Assembly: GCA_937934465.1 (NCBI GenBank)
Contig: CALGZO010000289.1
Coordinates: 1-37,997 of the forward strand
Direction: 5' to 3'
From: an uncultured Fimbriimonadales bacterium
GTDB taxonomy: Bacteria > Armatimonadota > Fimbriimonadia > Fimbriimonadales > GBS-DC
DNA: 37,997 nucleotides
Positions 1 to 9,095 of this stretch are shown piece after piece (within the stretch, counting starts at the first letter, position 1; every line of letters begins with the position of its first letter). The translations under genes were made by a program, and so were the position numbers. Below the pieces are notes generated by a model. That model did no database searches. It was not told the origin of the DNA and was given only the letters and a program-made list of their open reading frames with translations.

Positions 1-1
1 C

Positions 2-2137
2 TCGTGGTCGCGTGAGGTTCCGACGCTCTGGTTGGGCGTGCTGAGGCGCGAGTTGTCGCCGAACGGGCGCGTGCAGATGACCCTGCAGTGGCGCATCCAG
101 CCGAAACCGCTGCCTGCACAAGCCGCGCCGCTTCAAATAGATGCGCCTGTTCAACCCGTGCCCGACAGCTGGTCGCCCCTGCCGCGAGAGCCTGAGCTCA
201 TGCCGCCGCCGAAGGTGATGCAACGCCTCTCAGGCGCGCCGTTCCGATTGCCTGCCGACCGCACAGCAACGATTCTGATAGAGACCGACTCGCTTCGCCC
301 TGCCGCACGCGCGTTGGAGCAGGAGCTGCAGCGCTACGGCGTCCGCGCCGCCGTGCGCACAGGTTCGCCACAACCTGACACGATATTCATCGGGAGCAGC
401 CCCACACTCCAACGCCGATACCCCGTGCCCGACCAGCAGGGCGCGTATCATCTGCAGGTCAGCGCGGAAGGCGTCGTTATTATCGGGCAGTCGCCTGAAG
501 GCGCGTTCTACGGCGTGCAGACCCTTATCCAACTGCTTCAGCCCGCCGTCGGCGCGTTGCAGGTCGCGCCCGTGCGCATTACCGACTACCCCCACCTCAA
601 GTGGCGCGGCGTCCATCTGTTCGGCAGCACGCAGCCGGGCTTTCTACCGCGCCTGATTGAGAATGTCATCGCGCACGCAAAGTTCAATCACTTGGTGATA
701 GAGTGCGGCTACGGTCAGTGGGAGACCATCCGCAACGCTTGGGTGGACATATCCGCGCCCAAGAGCCTGCTGCGAGAGGCGGTACAAGTTTCACGCCAAA
801 ACCTGATTGAGCCGATTCCGCTGATACAGTCGCTGGGGCATATGTATTGGATGTTCCGCAACGACGCCTACAAAGAGTTGGCGGAGGACCCCGAAACGCC
901 GTGGGCGATTGCGCCGCGCAACCCCGCCACGCGCCCGTTCCTGCAACGCCTCTATGACGAAGTGTTCGAGCTCTTCCAACCGCGCGATTTCCATGCCGGC
1001 TTGGATGAGGTCACCATTCGTGGGCGGTTCCCCCACCGCCCTGAGTCGCAGGGTGCGACGGTCGCCGAGCTGTTCACCGAGCATACCGAGTGGGTGCATC
1101 GCGAGCTCAAGCGGCGCGGCGTGCGTAAGATGTTGATGTGGGGCGATGTGCTGCTGGCGCGCGGCGAGGCAAACGACGGCGGCGCACACGCCAAAAGCCC
1201 CCAAGAAGCGCGATTTACCCGCGAGCGGCTCAGCAAACTCCAAGACTTGGTCATCTGCGACTGGCACTACACCCCCACCGAACCTGAACAGTATACGAGC
1301 CTCACGACGCTCCAACGCGCGGGCTTCAACGAAATTATCGCGACCACATGGTACGACCCCCAAAACATCGCGACCTTCGCGAAGGCGGCGCGACTGCGAC
1401 GCATCACGGGGCTGCTCCAAAGCACTTGGGCAGGCTACAGCCTCAACGAACGCACCCTGCAGGGCGTCGAGTTGCGTCAGTTTATTGCCTACCTCATCGC
1501 AGGCGCGTACGCTTGGGATACCGACCTGCCCGCGCCTGACCAGCTGCCCTACGACTTTGAGCGACTGTTCCACGAACGCTACTATCGCGAGCCTATCGCC
1601 TTGCGACCTCAATCGGGCTTCGTGGTGGACCTCGCACAGGCATACAATTACAACCTCGCGCAGCTGAGTTCGCTCTTTCTGATGTTGCCTGCGGACGATA
1701 GCCGACTTGGGGGACGCCGCTTTGCCCTGCGCGGCGCGCAAGGGCTGATGCTATCGAGTTATCTCGCGCCGAAAAGCCTGCCCCAATCGGCGCGATTGCC
1801 GCTGAACCGCCCCGTGCGCACGCTGTACCTGCTCCACACCTGCGGTTGGCAGACCGAGCAGGGCAATCTGGTGGGACGCCTCGTGATTGAGTACGCCGAC
1901 GGGTCGCAAGTCACGCAGCCTGTCGTGTACGGACAGCACCTGCGCGCGTGGAACGACCGCCTCTACGCCATAGAAGGGTTTCCCATCTGGCGCGCGCGCG
2001 ACAACCTCGGCAACCTCGCAACCGTGCGCCTGATGCGCTGGCGCAACCCGCACCCCGCCAAAACCGTCCGCGCCGTGCAACTCATCGCCGACGACCCCGT
2101 CGCAGGCTGGACTATCGTGGCGATGGCAGGCGAATAG
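2..2137 (+). CDS. Glycoside hydrolase family 20 (beta-N-acetylhexosaminidase-like), probably 5'-truncated by the window edge
   Basis: Contains GAFYGVQTLIQLL, ITDYPHLKWRGVHLF and FHAGLDEV (the GH20 D-E catalytic pair context). The frame is open back to position 2. The listed start at 32 is TTG, with no signal peptide and no obvious SD, so the true start is likely upstream of the window. Confidence 0.8.
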   Translation, partial: SWSREVPTLWLGVLRRELSPNGRVQMTLQWRIQPKPLPAQAAPLQIDAPVQPVPDSWSPLPREPELMPPPKVMQRLSGAPFRLPADRTATILIETDSLRPAARALEQELQRYGVRAAVRTGSPQPDTIFIGSSPTLQRRYPVPDQQGAYHLQVSAEGVVIIGQSPEGAFYGVQTLIQLLQPAVGALQVAPVRITDYPHLKWRGVHLFGSTQPGFLPRLIENVIAHAKFNHLVIECGYGQWETIRNAWVDISAPKSLLREAVQVSRQNLIEPIPLIQSLGHMYWMFRNDAYKELAEDPETPWAIAPRNPATRPFLQRLYDEVFELFQPRDFHAGLDEVTIRGRFPHRPESQGATVAELFTEHTEWVHRELKRRGVRKMLMWGDVLLARGEANDGGAHAKSPQEARFTRERLSKLQDLVICDWHYTPTEPEQYTSLTTLQRAGFNEIIATTWYDPQNIATFAKAARLRRITGLLQSTWAGYSLNERTLQGVELRQFIAYLIAGAYAWDTDLPAPDQLPYDFERLFHERYYREPIALRPQSGFVVDLAQAYNYNLAQLSSLFLMLPADDSRLGGRRFALRGAQGLMLSSYLAPKSLPQSARLPLNRPVRTLYLLHTCGWQTEQGNLVGRLVIEYADGSQVTQPVVYGQHLRAWNDRLYAIEGFPIWRARDNLGNLATVRLMRWRNPHPAKTVRAVQLIADDPVAGWTIVAMAGE

Positions 2138-2185
2138 CTCGACCCCTGCAATTTCTCGGAGCGCACGCCGAAAATCTTATATGGC

Positions 2186-2551
2186 ATGCGTATCCTGGTG
2201 GTGGACGACGAGCCGATGGTGCAGCTGCTGCTCAGCCAGACGCTCGAGGAAGCAGGGCATGTGGTGGACATCGCAACTAACGGCGCGGACGCGCTTGAGC
2301 TGCTGCGCACGCACACCTACGACCTGCTGTTTACCGATGTGCATATGCCCCGCCTGAGCGGTATCGACCTCGTGCGCGCCGTCCGCCAGAGCCGCCCGCG
2401 CATGCCAATCATCGTGATGGACAGCTATCCCGACCTGTTCGCGGAGAGCGATGTCGGCGCGGAGGCGTTCGCCCTGTTAGCGAAGCCCTTCGACCTCTGC
2501 GAGGTGCGCCGCGCTCTCCAAGCCGTCGAGAAGACCATAGTAGCGAGGTGA
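2186..2551 (+). CDS. Single-domain CheY-like response regulator (receiver only)
   Basis: MRILVVDDEP (acidic pair), LLFTDVHMP (phospho-acceptor Asp), IIVMDS and LAKPF (conserved Lys). At 121 aa there is no output domain. Confidence 0.9.
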   Translation: MRILVVDDEPMVQLLLSQTLEEAGHVVDIATNGADALELLRTHTYDLLFTDVHMPRLSGIDLVRAVRQSRPRMPIIVMDSYPDLFAESDVGAEAFALLAKPFDLCEVRRALQAVEKTIVAR

Positions 2552-2554
2552 AAG

Positions 2555-4459
2555 ATGATGATTCGATGCATTCTCTGTTTGGCAGGCGTCGTGAGTATCG
2601 CTGTAATCGCGCAAGCGCAACGCACCTCCGCCACCGGCGAGTGGCTCTTCGCTGACCCCCAAGAGATAATCCAGACCGCCACGCGCACCGAACGCCCCGT
2701 CGCCGAATCGTTTACCACCGTGCGCGTGATTACCCGACGCGAAATCGAACTCTCAGGCGCACAGACCATCCAAGAGCTGCTGGAGCGGTTCGTGGTGGAC
2801 TTCGAGGGGCAAGAATCCTCGCAGCACCGCTTTTTGAGCATGCGCGGCGCGTATAGCTCGTCGGAGTTCAACGAGCGGATGCTCTTCCTGCTGGATGGGC
2901 AGCCGCTGAACGATGTGCTGCTGGGCAACTTCCCCGCGATGAGCCTCAGCACGCACGATGTGGAGCGCATCGAGATTGCCTTCGGTCCTGGCTCGGCGAT
3001 GTACGGACCGAACGCTTTTGCGGGCGTGGTGAACATTCTCACGCAGCAGGGCGACACGGGGCGTCCCTCCCTCTGGAACGGCTACGCCGAGCGCGGCGGC
3101 TACACCGCCTCCCTGCGCTGGATGAACGCCCCCGACGCGCCCAGCAAACTCAGCCTGCAGACCTCCTTCTGGCGCGACCCCGGCAGCGACCGCATCCGCA
3201 ACAACGATACCCAAGTACGCACCGCGCGACTCGCCTTCTCACAAGGTACGCCCGAACGCGGACTGTGGCGCGTCAACTACATCTATAACGACATGGATCG
3301 CGGGCTGGTGGGCATGCGCTACTACACTTACCCCACCCCCACCGACCGACTCTTCTGGCGCACGCACTACTGGCAAGCCGCCTACCAACGCGCCTTCGGC
3401 GACGCTCTGCAAACCACGCGCCTCTACGGCGTCGCAGGCGACACTATCTTCCTCAAGGTGCAAGACCAACCCCCCCTCACAGGCAACGAACCGCGCACGC
3501 GCATGCCACTTAGCCAGAGCATGCTCGCCGCCGAGACCTACTTCCAGTGGAACCTGCCCAACGCCCAGCTGCTCGCAGGCGTGGACTACCGCACGATGCG
3601 CGCGAGCAGCTCCAACCATCTCGGCGGCAGCCGCAGCGCGACCAACTTCGCGTTGTATGCGCAGGGCGAATGGCAACTCGGACGCTGGCGACCTATTCTG
3701 GGCGCACGCTACGACGCGCACTCCCTCTACGGCAGCCAGCTCAGCCCACGCGCAGGCTTCACTTACATCGCCAGCGAGCAGCATCGCCTCCGCGCCTCGC
3801 TCGGACGCGCCTTCCGCGCCCCCAGCTTCACTGAACTCTACTTGCAACGGTTCTATGTGTGGATGCCCTTCAGCGGCAACCCCGTACCGCTCAGCATCGA
3901 GGGCAACGCCGACCTGCGCCCCGAAACCGTCTTCAGCGCAGAGCTGGGCTACCGATACCTCCACCCGCGCTGGCAACTCGATGTGTCCTACTTCACCTCC
4001 GATATCAGCGACGCCGTCAGCGTGTTCGCCAAAGACCCCAACCAGCCTCTGCTGCGCCAGTATCAGAACCTCTATCGCTTCCGCATCTGGGGCTACACGG
4101 CGGACACAGTGGTCAAGCTCGCGCCTGAGTGGACGCTGAGCGCAGGCTATATGCAGGTGCGCTACACGGGCGGCGTGGAGGAAGACTACAAACCCGCACG
4201 CGAACGCGCCGTGATACGCCTCGCGTATTACCCCGAGCGTGGATTGAGCGGACAGCTGGTGCTGGTCTACCCCGCACGCGGACAGGGCTTCAGCGACGCC
4301 TACGGCTGGAACGCCTACCTGAACCTGATGTACCGCCAAGACGCCCGCAGCCGATGGAACCTGCGCGTGGACAATTTATTTAATGTGCGCACCGAGCTGG
4401 CGCGCTGGGTGCCCGGCGGACGGCGCAGCGTGTGGGTGGCGTATCAGAGGGATTGGTGA
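2555..4459 (+). CDS. TonB-dependent outer-membrane receptor (BtuB-like small TBDR)
   Basis: Signal peptide ending AQA. TonB-box/plug-like QEIIQTATRTERPV...TTVRVITRREIE. Long beta-barrel-like sequence ending in the aromatic C-terminus AYQRDW. SD GAGGTGA lies before the ATG. The start is only 4 nt after the receiver gene stop. Confidence 0.85.
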   Translation: MMIRCILCLAGVVSIAVIAQAQRTSATGEWLFADPQEIIQTATRTERPVAESFTTVRVITRREIELSGAQTIQELLERFVVDFEGQESSQHRFLSMRGAYSSSEFNERMLFLLDGQPLNDVLLGNFPAMSLSTHDVERIEIAFGPGSAMYGPNAFAGVVNILTQQGDTGRPSLWNGYAERGGYTASLRWMNAPDAPSKLSLQTSFWRDPGSDRIRNNDTQVRTARLAFSQGTPERGLWRVNYIYNDMDRGLVGMRYYTYPTPTDRLFWRTHYWQAAYQRAFGDALQTTRLYGVAGDTIFLKVQDQPPLTGNEPRTRMPLSQSMLAAETYFQWNLPNAQLLAGVDYRTMRASSSNHLGGSRSATNFALYAQGEWQLGRWRPILGARYDAHSLYGSQLSPRAGFTYIASEQHRLRASLGRAFRAPSFTELYLQRFYVWMPFSGNPVPLSIEGNADLRPETVFSAELGYRYLHPRWQLDVSYFTSDISDAVSVFAKDPNQPLLRQYQNLYRFRIWGYTADTVVKLAPEWTLSAGYMQVRYTGGVEEDYKPARERAVIRLAYYPERGLSGQLVLVYPARGQGFSDAYGWNAYLNLMYRQDARSRWNLRVDNLFNVRTELARWVPGGRRSVWVAYQRDW

Positions 4460-4470
4460 TTCCACGACGA

Positions 4471-4567
4471 TGAATCGGGATTCATCGGGAATGAATCGGG
4501 ATTCATCGAGAATGAATCGGGATTCATCGGGAATGAATCGCGATTCATTCAGATTGAATCGCGATCC
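4471..4567. repeat. Tandem array of five 21-bp units, each carrying the palindrome TGAATC-NN-GATTCA
   Basis: Palindrome copies start at 4471, 4492, 4513, 4534 and 4555. Copies 1-3 are TGAATCGGGATTCA, copy 4 is TGAATCGCGATTCA, and copy 5 is the degenerate TGAATCGCGATCC. The array sits in the gap between the TBDR stop (4459) and the next CDS. Confidence 0.9.
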
Positions 4568-4600
4568 GTTATCATTGGGTAAACTCAGCAGGAGAGAACA

Positions 4601-5284
4601 ATGCCTGGTGGAATCCCTATCCCTACAGGAGGCTTATCGATGGGACGGAGTTATATACCAAGGCCCGACACGGACTTTTTGGCGTGGATGAATAACTTTC
4701 TGACGGCGTTGAACGCGAACTTGAGCGCTTTTGGCTTGGTGGCAGCCGACCTGACGCCGCTGACCAACGCTCGCAATGACTTCCAGACGAAGCTGGGCGC
4801 GTTCCAATCGGCGCAGATCGCCTTGCGCACTGCTTCGGAAGCCAAGAAAGACTCGCGCGACACGGCGGAGTCGCTCTTTCGGCAGATGGCGCAGCGGATT
4901 AACCGCCACCCGAACATGACCGACGCCTTGCGCGCGCAGTTGGGGCTGACCGTGCCGCGCCCGCGCCAGCGTCGGGGCGTGGGACCCGAAATCCCCGGCG
5001 TGCGCTTGGAAGTGGACGCAGGGCGCGTGATTGTCCACTTCGGCACGAACCCCGACGATGAACGGCGCAACGGCAAGCCCGAGTGGGCAATAGGGGCGAA
5101 CATCTACATTCGCGAAGAGAGCGAGAGCGCGTATCGCCTCTTGGCGTTCGACACGGCAAGCCCGTACATGTGGGAATATCGTGGGGCGCCGAAGCGGTTC
5201 TATTTCCGCGTGGCGTATCGGGGCGTGCGGGAGCAAGATGAGGGCACGCCCAGCCCTGAAGAGGTGGTTAGCGTCGGCGGATGA
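4601..5284 (+). CDS. Hypothetical protein (helical N-terminal half, beta-rich C-terminal half); function unknown
   Basis: ORF with SD-like AGGAGAG before ATG 4601. An alternative start at ATG 4640 is preceded by GGAGG. Codon usage looks like the neighbours. I recognise no family motif. Confidence 0.6.
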   Translation: MPGGIPIPTGGLSMGRSYIPRPDTDFLAWMNNFLTALNANLSAFGLVAADLTPLTNARNDFQTKLGAFQSAQIALRTASEAKKDSRDTAESLFRQMAQRINRHPNMTDALRAQLGLTVPRPRQRRGVGPEIPGVRLEVDAGRVIVHFGTNPDDERRNGKPEWAIGANIYIREESESAYRLLAFDTASPYMWEYRGAPKRFYFRVAYRGVREQDEGTPSPEEVVSVGG

Positions 5285-5287
5285 ACC

Positions 5288-7201
5288 TCACCACTCCAGC
5301 ACGCTGACCGACATCGGCGGGAAGGTGTGGCGCATCAGGCTGCCGCCGCGCAGGGTGCGCTGGGCAAGCCCTTTCGCCTTGGCTGTATCCTGCGCCGCCG
5401 AGTAGTACCACCAGTAGACACTGCTCCCAGCGCGTAGCCCTTGCAGCCGAATCGCCACGGTAATCGGCGTGCTGCGCATCTTGTTAATCACCAGCAGTCT
5501 GCCCTTGCCGTTGGGCGTGCGCACGGCGTAAATGCGCAGCATGGGGTTGTCGCAGTTCACGGCGACCAGCGTATCGCCAGGTCGGGCGAAGCGGTTGATG
5601 AGTTGGACGGCGAAGAAGGTGGGGTAGGGCGTGTGGAGCGGGTCGCCCACGCCCGACGGATAGCCTGCCGACACGACGCCGTAGTCGCCCCAGTTGCGCC
5701 AGCCGTAGAGCAGTGCGCTGTTGTTATTGTGCGCCTCCGCCGAGTTGTGCAAATCCCACCACGCATAAGCGTCCGCGCCCGCCAGTATCGCCTGCGCCCA
5801 CGAATCTGCCATGTAAAGCGCGTTCACCACGCTTGTCGTCTGCTTGCCCGGATTGAAGGCGACGGAGTTGTTCTCGGTGACGAAGATGGGGACGCTGTTG
5901 CCTGCCGCGCCCAAGTAGTCGCGCAGGATTTGGCGCATCTGCGAGATAATCTCGCCCCAAGTGCGTGGGTCATCCAGCAGAAAAGCGTCGTCTTCGCGTC
6001 CGGGTTGTTGGGGGTAGTGGTGTACATCGAAAAAGTCGGGGACGACGCCGAAACTGCTGAGGCGGTTGAGCAGCACGGGCGTCCAGCCGTTGTGCGATTG
6101 CCCTGTGCGCGGGTTTGTCACGCTGAACCGCTGGGGGTACTCGGTCTCGGTGAACACGCCGACCACGCCGACCTTGATGGTAGGGTCTACCGCCTTCATC
6201 TGTTGTATCGCGTCGCGGGCGAACTCGGCGTAGGTGTGCGCGTCGTGGCGGTTGGGGTAGGTGTCATGCTCCCACGAGCCGTAGTTCTCGTTGCCAATCG
6301 TCCAGTAGCGCACGCCGCCGTTGCGCTGGATATTAGCATACTGCACCCAGTCGGCGGCTTCTTGGGGCGTCCCCGAACCGTAGTTGACGCAGATAATCTT
6401 CTCCGCGCCCAACTCGTTCGCGACACCGAGAAAGCCGTCGGTGGCTGTGCCGTAGTCGGCGTTGGTGCGCCTGTTGCGGTTGGCGCGCCAGTCGTATTCG
6501 TTGGTGATGGAGCCGCCAGGATAGCGCATCGCGCCGAAGTTCGCCTGCTTCAGCAGGGCGCGCCGTTCAGGACTCGTGAGCGACCAGTCCCAGCAGGCGA
6601 CATTGATGCCCAGCATCAGTGGGGTGATGGTGCGCCCTGAAGCGTTGAAGTTCACCGTCGCCGACGCCTGATTACTGACTTGCGCGCGAACGAGGCGAAT
6701 ATCGTCCAAATAGAACGCGGGCACGCTCTGCCCCGAAAACTCCCGAAAGTGAATGCCCGTGAGACGGTCGCCTGAGTTGACCCCCAACGCGCTCAGCGGA
6801 ACCTGCACGCGCGTCCACTGATTGGCAGGGAGGCTACTCACAAAATTGTTAATCGGCACAGGCGGACGCTCCACGCCGTCCACCTCGGCGCGTAGATGGA
6901 ACTGGGGATTGCCCACGCTCCCCCCATGCACCCAGAACTCCAAGTGGCTGAAGCCGTCAATAACGAAGCCCGTCGGGTTCTTGAACAAGATAGACGACCA
7001 CGGGAAGAACTCCACGCGGATTGAGTATTGTCCCGAGCGCACGGGGCTGGCGTTTTGCATGTTGCGGTTCGCCCACGACCAATCTTCCCAGCGTCCAGCA
7101 GGATAGTCGCGATAGATGGCAGGGTGTGCGAAGTCGTCGGGGTGAGCGACGCCGAACGCGCCCATCAGCGCTGCCGTTAGGATGGCGATTTTGACCGACA
7201 T
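5288..7201 (-). CDS. Secreted clan GH-A (beta/alpha)8 glycoside hydrolase with N-terminal CBM-like beta-sandwich
   Basis: Signal peptide MSVKIAILTAALMGAFGVA, with SD GGAGGA upstream of ATG 7201. WTIGNENYGSWE is acid/base-like (GNE) and PIFVTENNS is nucleophile-like (TEN). I cannot assign the exact GH family by eye (GH5/30/39/51-like). Confidence 0.75.
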   Translation of the reverse strand: MSVKIAILTAALMGAFGVAHPDDFAHPAIYRDYPAGRWEDWSWANRNMQNASPVRSGQYSIRVEFFPWSSILFKNPTGFVIDGFSHLEFWVHGGSVGNPQFHLRAEVDGVERPPVPINNFVSSLPANQWTRVQVPLSALGVNSGDRLTGIHFREFSGQSVPAFYLDDIRLVRAQVSNQASATVNFNASGRTITPLMLGINVACWDWSLTSPERRALLKQANFGAMRYPGGSITNEYDWRANRNRRTNADYGTATDGFLGVANELGAEKIICVNYGSGTPQEAADWVQYANIQRNGGVRYWTIGNENYGSWEHDTYPNRHDAHTYAEFARDAIQQMKAVDPTIKVGVVGVFTETEYPQRFSVTNPRTGQSHNGWTPVLLNRLSSFGVVPDFFDVHHYPQQPGREDDAFLLDDPRTWGEIISQMRQILRDYLGAAGNSVPIFVTENNSVAFNPGKQTTSVVNALYMADSWAQAILAGADAYAWWDLHNSAEAHNNNSALLYGWRNWGDYGVVSAGYPSGVGDPLHTPYPTFFAVQLINRFARPGDTLVAVNCDNPMLRIYAVRTPNGKGRLLVINKMRSTPITVAIRLQGLRAGSSVYWWYYSAAQDTAKAKGLAQRTLRGGSLMRHTFPPMSVSVLEW

Positions 7202-7337
7202 AATCTGTTCCTCCGTAGACCTGCAAAGCCGCCTTCCCAACGCTGACGAGAACGCGCCTTCGCTAACAGTATTATAGCCCAGATTTCAGGTAGTAGGCAG
7301 TGCAGGGCGAGGTATCCTATAGCGCGTTTGACGCACG

Positions 7338-9095
7338 ATGGCGATGGAACCGCAGGTGCTGTTGAAGATAAGTAGGCTCGATGGGCGGAGCGTCTGGCTG
7401 TCGGGTCGAACGCCTGAGAGTGTGCTGGTCGCCGAGTCTTATGCGGATGTGTTGCCTGTGCTATCGGAGGTGGAGCGTGCGACGCAGCAGGGTCTCACAG
7501 CGGTCGGTTTTGTAGCCTACGAAGCCGCGCACGGGCTGGACAGGGCGTTCCCCCAAGCGTGCGCTAAGTCGCCGCTGGCATGGTTCGCGCTCTATCGGCG
7601 GTTGGAAGCGCACGGCGCGGCGCCCTTGCCTCCGCTCGGCTGTGAGCAGCGCATTCGGTGGCGTCCCACGCTGTCCGAACGCGCCTATCGCTGCGCTTTG
7701 GAGCGTATTCGCGCGTACATCGAGGCGGGCGATGTGTATCAGGTGAACTACACCTTTCGCTTGCGCTCGGAGTGGAGTAGCGAGCCGAGTGAACTGTTGA
7801 CTCTGTTCGGGCAGCTCTATCACGCGCAGCCTGTGCCTTACGCTGCCTACATCAACACAGGCGCGCAGGTGATTCTCTCGCTCTCGCCTGAACTGTTCTT
7901 CGCGTTGGAGGGGGAGCGGATTATCACGCGCCCGATGAAGGGCACTGCGCCGCGCGGGGTGGGGCAGGCAGACGACTTGTGGCAAGCGCAGGCGTTGCGC
8001 ACCTGCGCGAAGAACCGCGCCGAGAACCTGATGATTGTGGACATGGCGCGCAACGATTTGGGACGCATCGCGCGTGTGGGGAGCGTGCGTGTGCCGCGCC
8101 TGTTCGAGGCGGAACGCTACGCGACCCTGTGGCAGATGACCTCCACAGTGGAGGCGTGTAGCGACGCGCCGCTGCCCGAAATCTTCCGCGCGCTGTTTCC
8201 TGCAGCGTCCATCACAGGCGCGCCCAAAATCCGCGCGACGCAGATTATCCGTGAGTTGGAGACCACCCCGCGCGGCGTCTACACAGGCGCCATCGGCGTC
8301 GTGGCGCCCCATAGGCGCGCGCAGTTCAATGTCGCCATCCGCACGCTGGTCTACGACCGAGCCGAGCAGCAAATGGAATACGGCGTGGGCAGCGGCGTGG
8401 TGTGGGACTCTGACCCCCACGCCGAGTACGAGGAGTGCTTGGCGAAAGCGCAGGTACTCTTGAGGCGCGCCCCCGAATTTGAGTTGCTGGAGACCCTGCT
8501 GTGGCGTCCGCGCGGGGGCTACTTTTTGCTGGAGCAACATCTGCAGCGGCTCTTACGCTCGGCGGACTACTTCGGCTTCTCAGTGGACGCTGGCGCGGTT
8601 CGGGCGAAGTTGCTCGAGGCGGCGCAGGGGTTCACGGCGTCCCTGCGCTATCGCGTGCGCGTGCGTGTCAATCGGCGCGGCGAGGCGTGCGTGGAGTACG
8701 CGCCGCTATCACACGCCCCCCACCCTTGGCGCGTGGCGCTCGCTGCGGAGCCTGTCAACCCGCGCGATGTGTTTCTATACCACAAGACCACGCATCGGGC
8801 AGTGTACGAGCAGGCGCGCGCCGCGCACCCCAACTGCGACGATGTAATCTTGTGGAACACGCGCGGCGAGATTACCGAGTCCACAATCGCGAATGTGGCA
8901 GTGCGTCTCGACGGCAGGCTCTACACGCCCCCTGTGGCGTGCGGACTGCTCGCGGGCGTCTATCGGGAGCGGCTGCTGAAGCGCGGCTGGCTCCGCGAGC
9001 GTGTCATCCGTGTAGACGAGCTCGCCCGTGCGGAGGCAATTTATCTGATTAACTCCGTGCGCGGTCGCGTGCGTGCGCAGCTGATACGCGCTTAG
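7338..9095 (+). CDS. pabB: Aminodeoxychorismate synthase component I fused to an aminodeoxychorismate lyase-like (class IV aminotransferase fold) domain
   Basis: Chorismate-binding motifs MKGTAPRG, NLMIVDMARNDLGR, SITGAPKIRATQII and RGVYTGAIG. A C-terminal region of about 200 aa has a PabC/IlvE-like pattern (ESTIANV..., LAGV.R..L). Confidence 0.85.
   Translation: MAMEPQVLLKISRLDGRSVWLSGRTPESVLVAESYADVLPVLSEVERATQQGLTAVGFVAYEAAHGLDRAFPQACAKSPLAWFALYRRLEAHGAAPLPPLGCEQRIRWRPTLSERAYRCALERIRAYIEAGDVYQVNYTFRLRSEWSSEPSELLTLFGQLYHAQPVPYAAYINTGAQVILSLSPELFFALEGERIITRPMKGTAPRGVGQADDLWQAQALRTCAKNRAENLMIVDMARNDLGRIARVGSVRVPRLFEAERYATLWQMTSTVEACSDAPLPEIFRALFPAASITGAPKIRATQIIRELETTPRGVYTGAIGVVAPHRRAQFNVAIRTLVYDRAEQQMEYGVGSGVVWDSDPHAEYEECLAKAQVLLRRAPEFELLETLLWRPRGGYFLLEQHLQRLLRSADYFGFSVDAGAVRAKLLEAAQGFTASLRYRVRVRVNRRGEACVEYAPLSHAPHPWRVALAAEPVNPRDVFLYHKTTHRAVYEQARAAHPNCDDVILWNTRGEITESTIANVAVRLDGRLYTPPVACGLLAGVYRERLLKRGWLRERVIRVDELARAEAIYLINSVRGRVRAQLIRA

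Noticed and set aside
2138-2185. Cobalamin or other riboswitch upstream of the BtuB-like receptor
   Set aside because: The receptor start is 4 nt from the receiver gene. The only upstream spacer is 48 bp, which is too short for a riboswitch aptamer.
4383-4691. ORF encoding a repetitive peptide (MNRDSSG MNRDSSR MNRDSSG ...)
   Set aside because: It is simply the translation of the 21-bp palindromic DNA array. It overlaps the TBDR 3' end and the next gene's start, and the repeat is palindromic (a DNA/RNA-level signal), so a coding interpretation is unnecessary.
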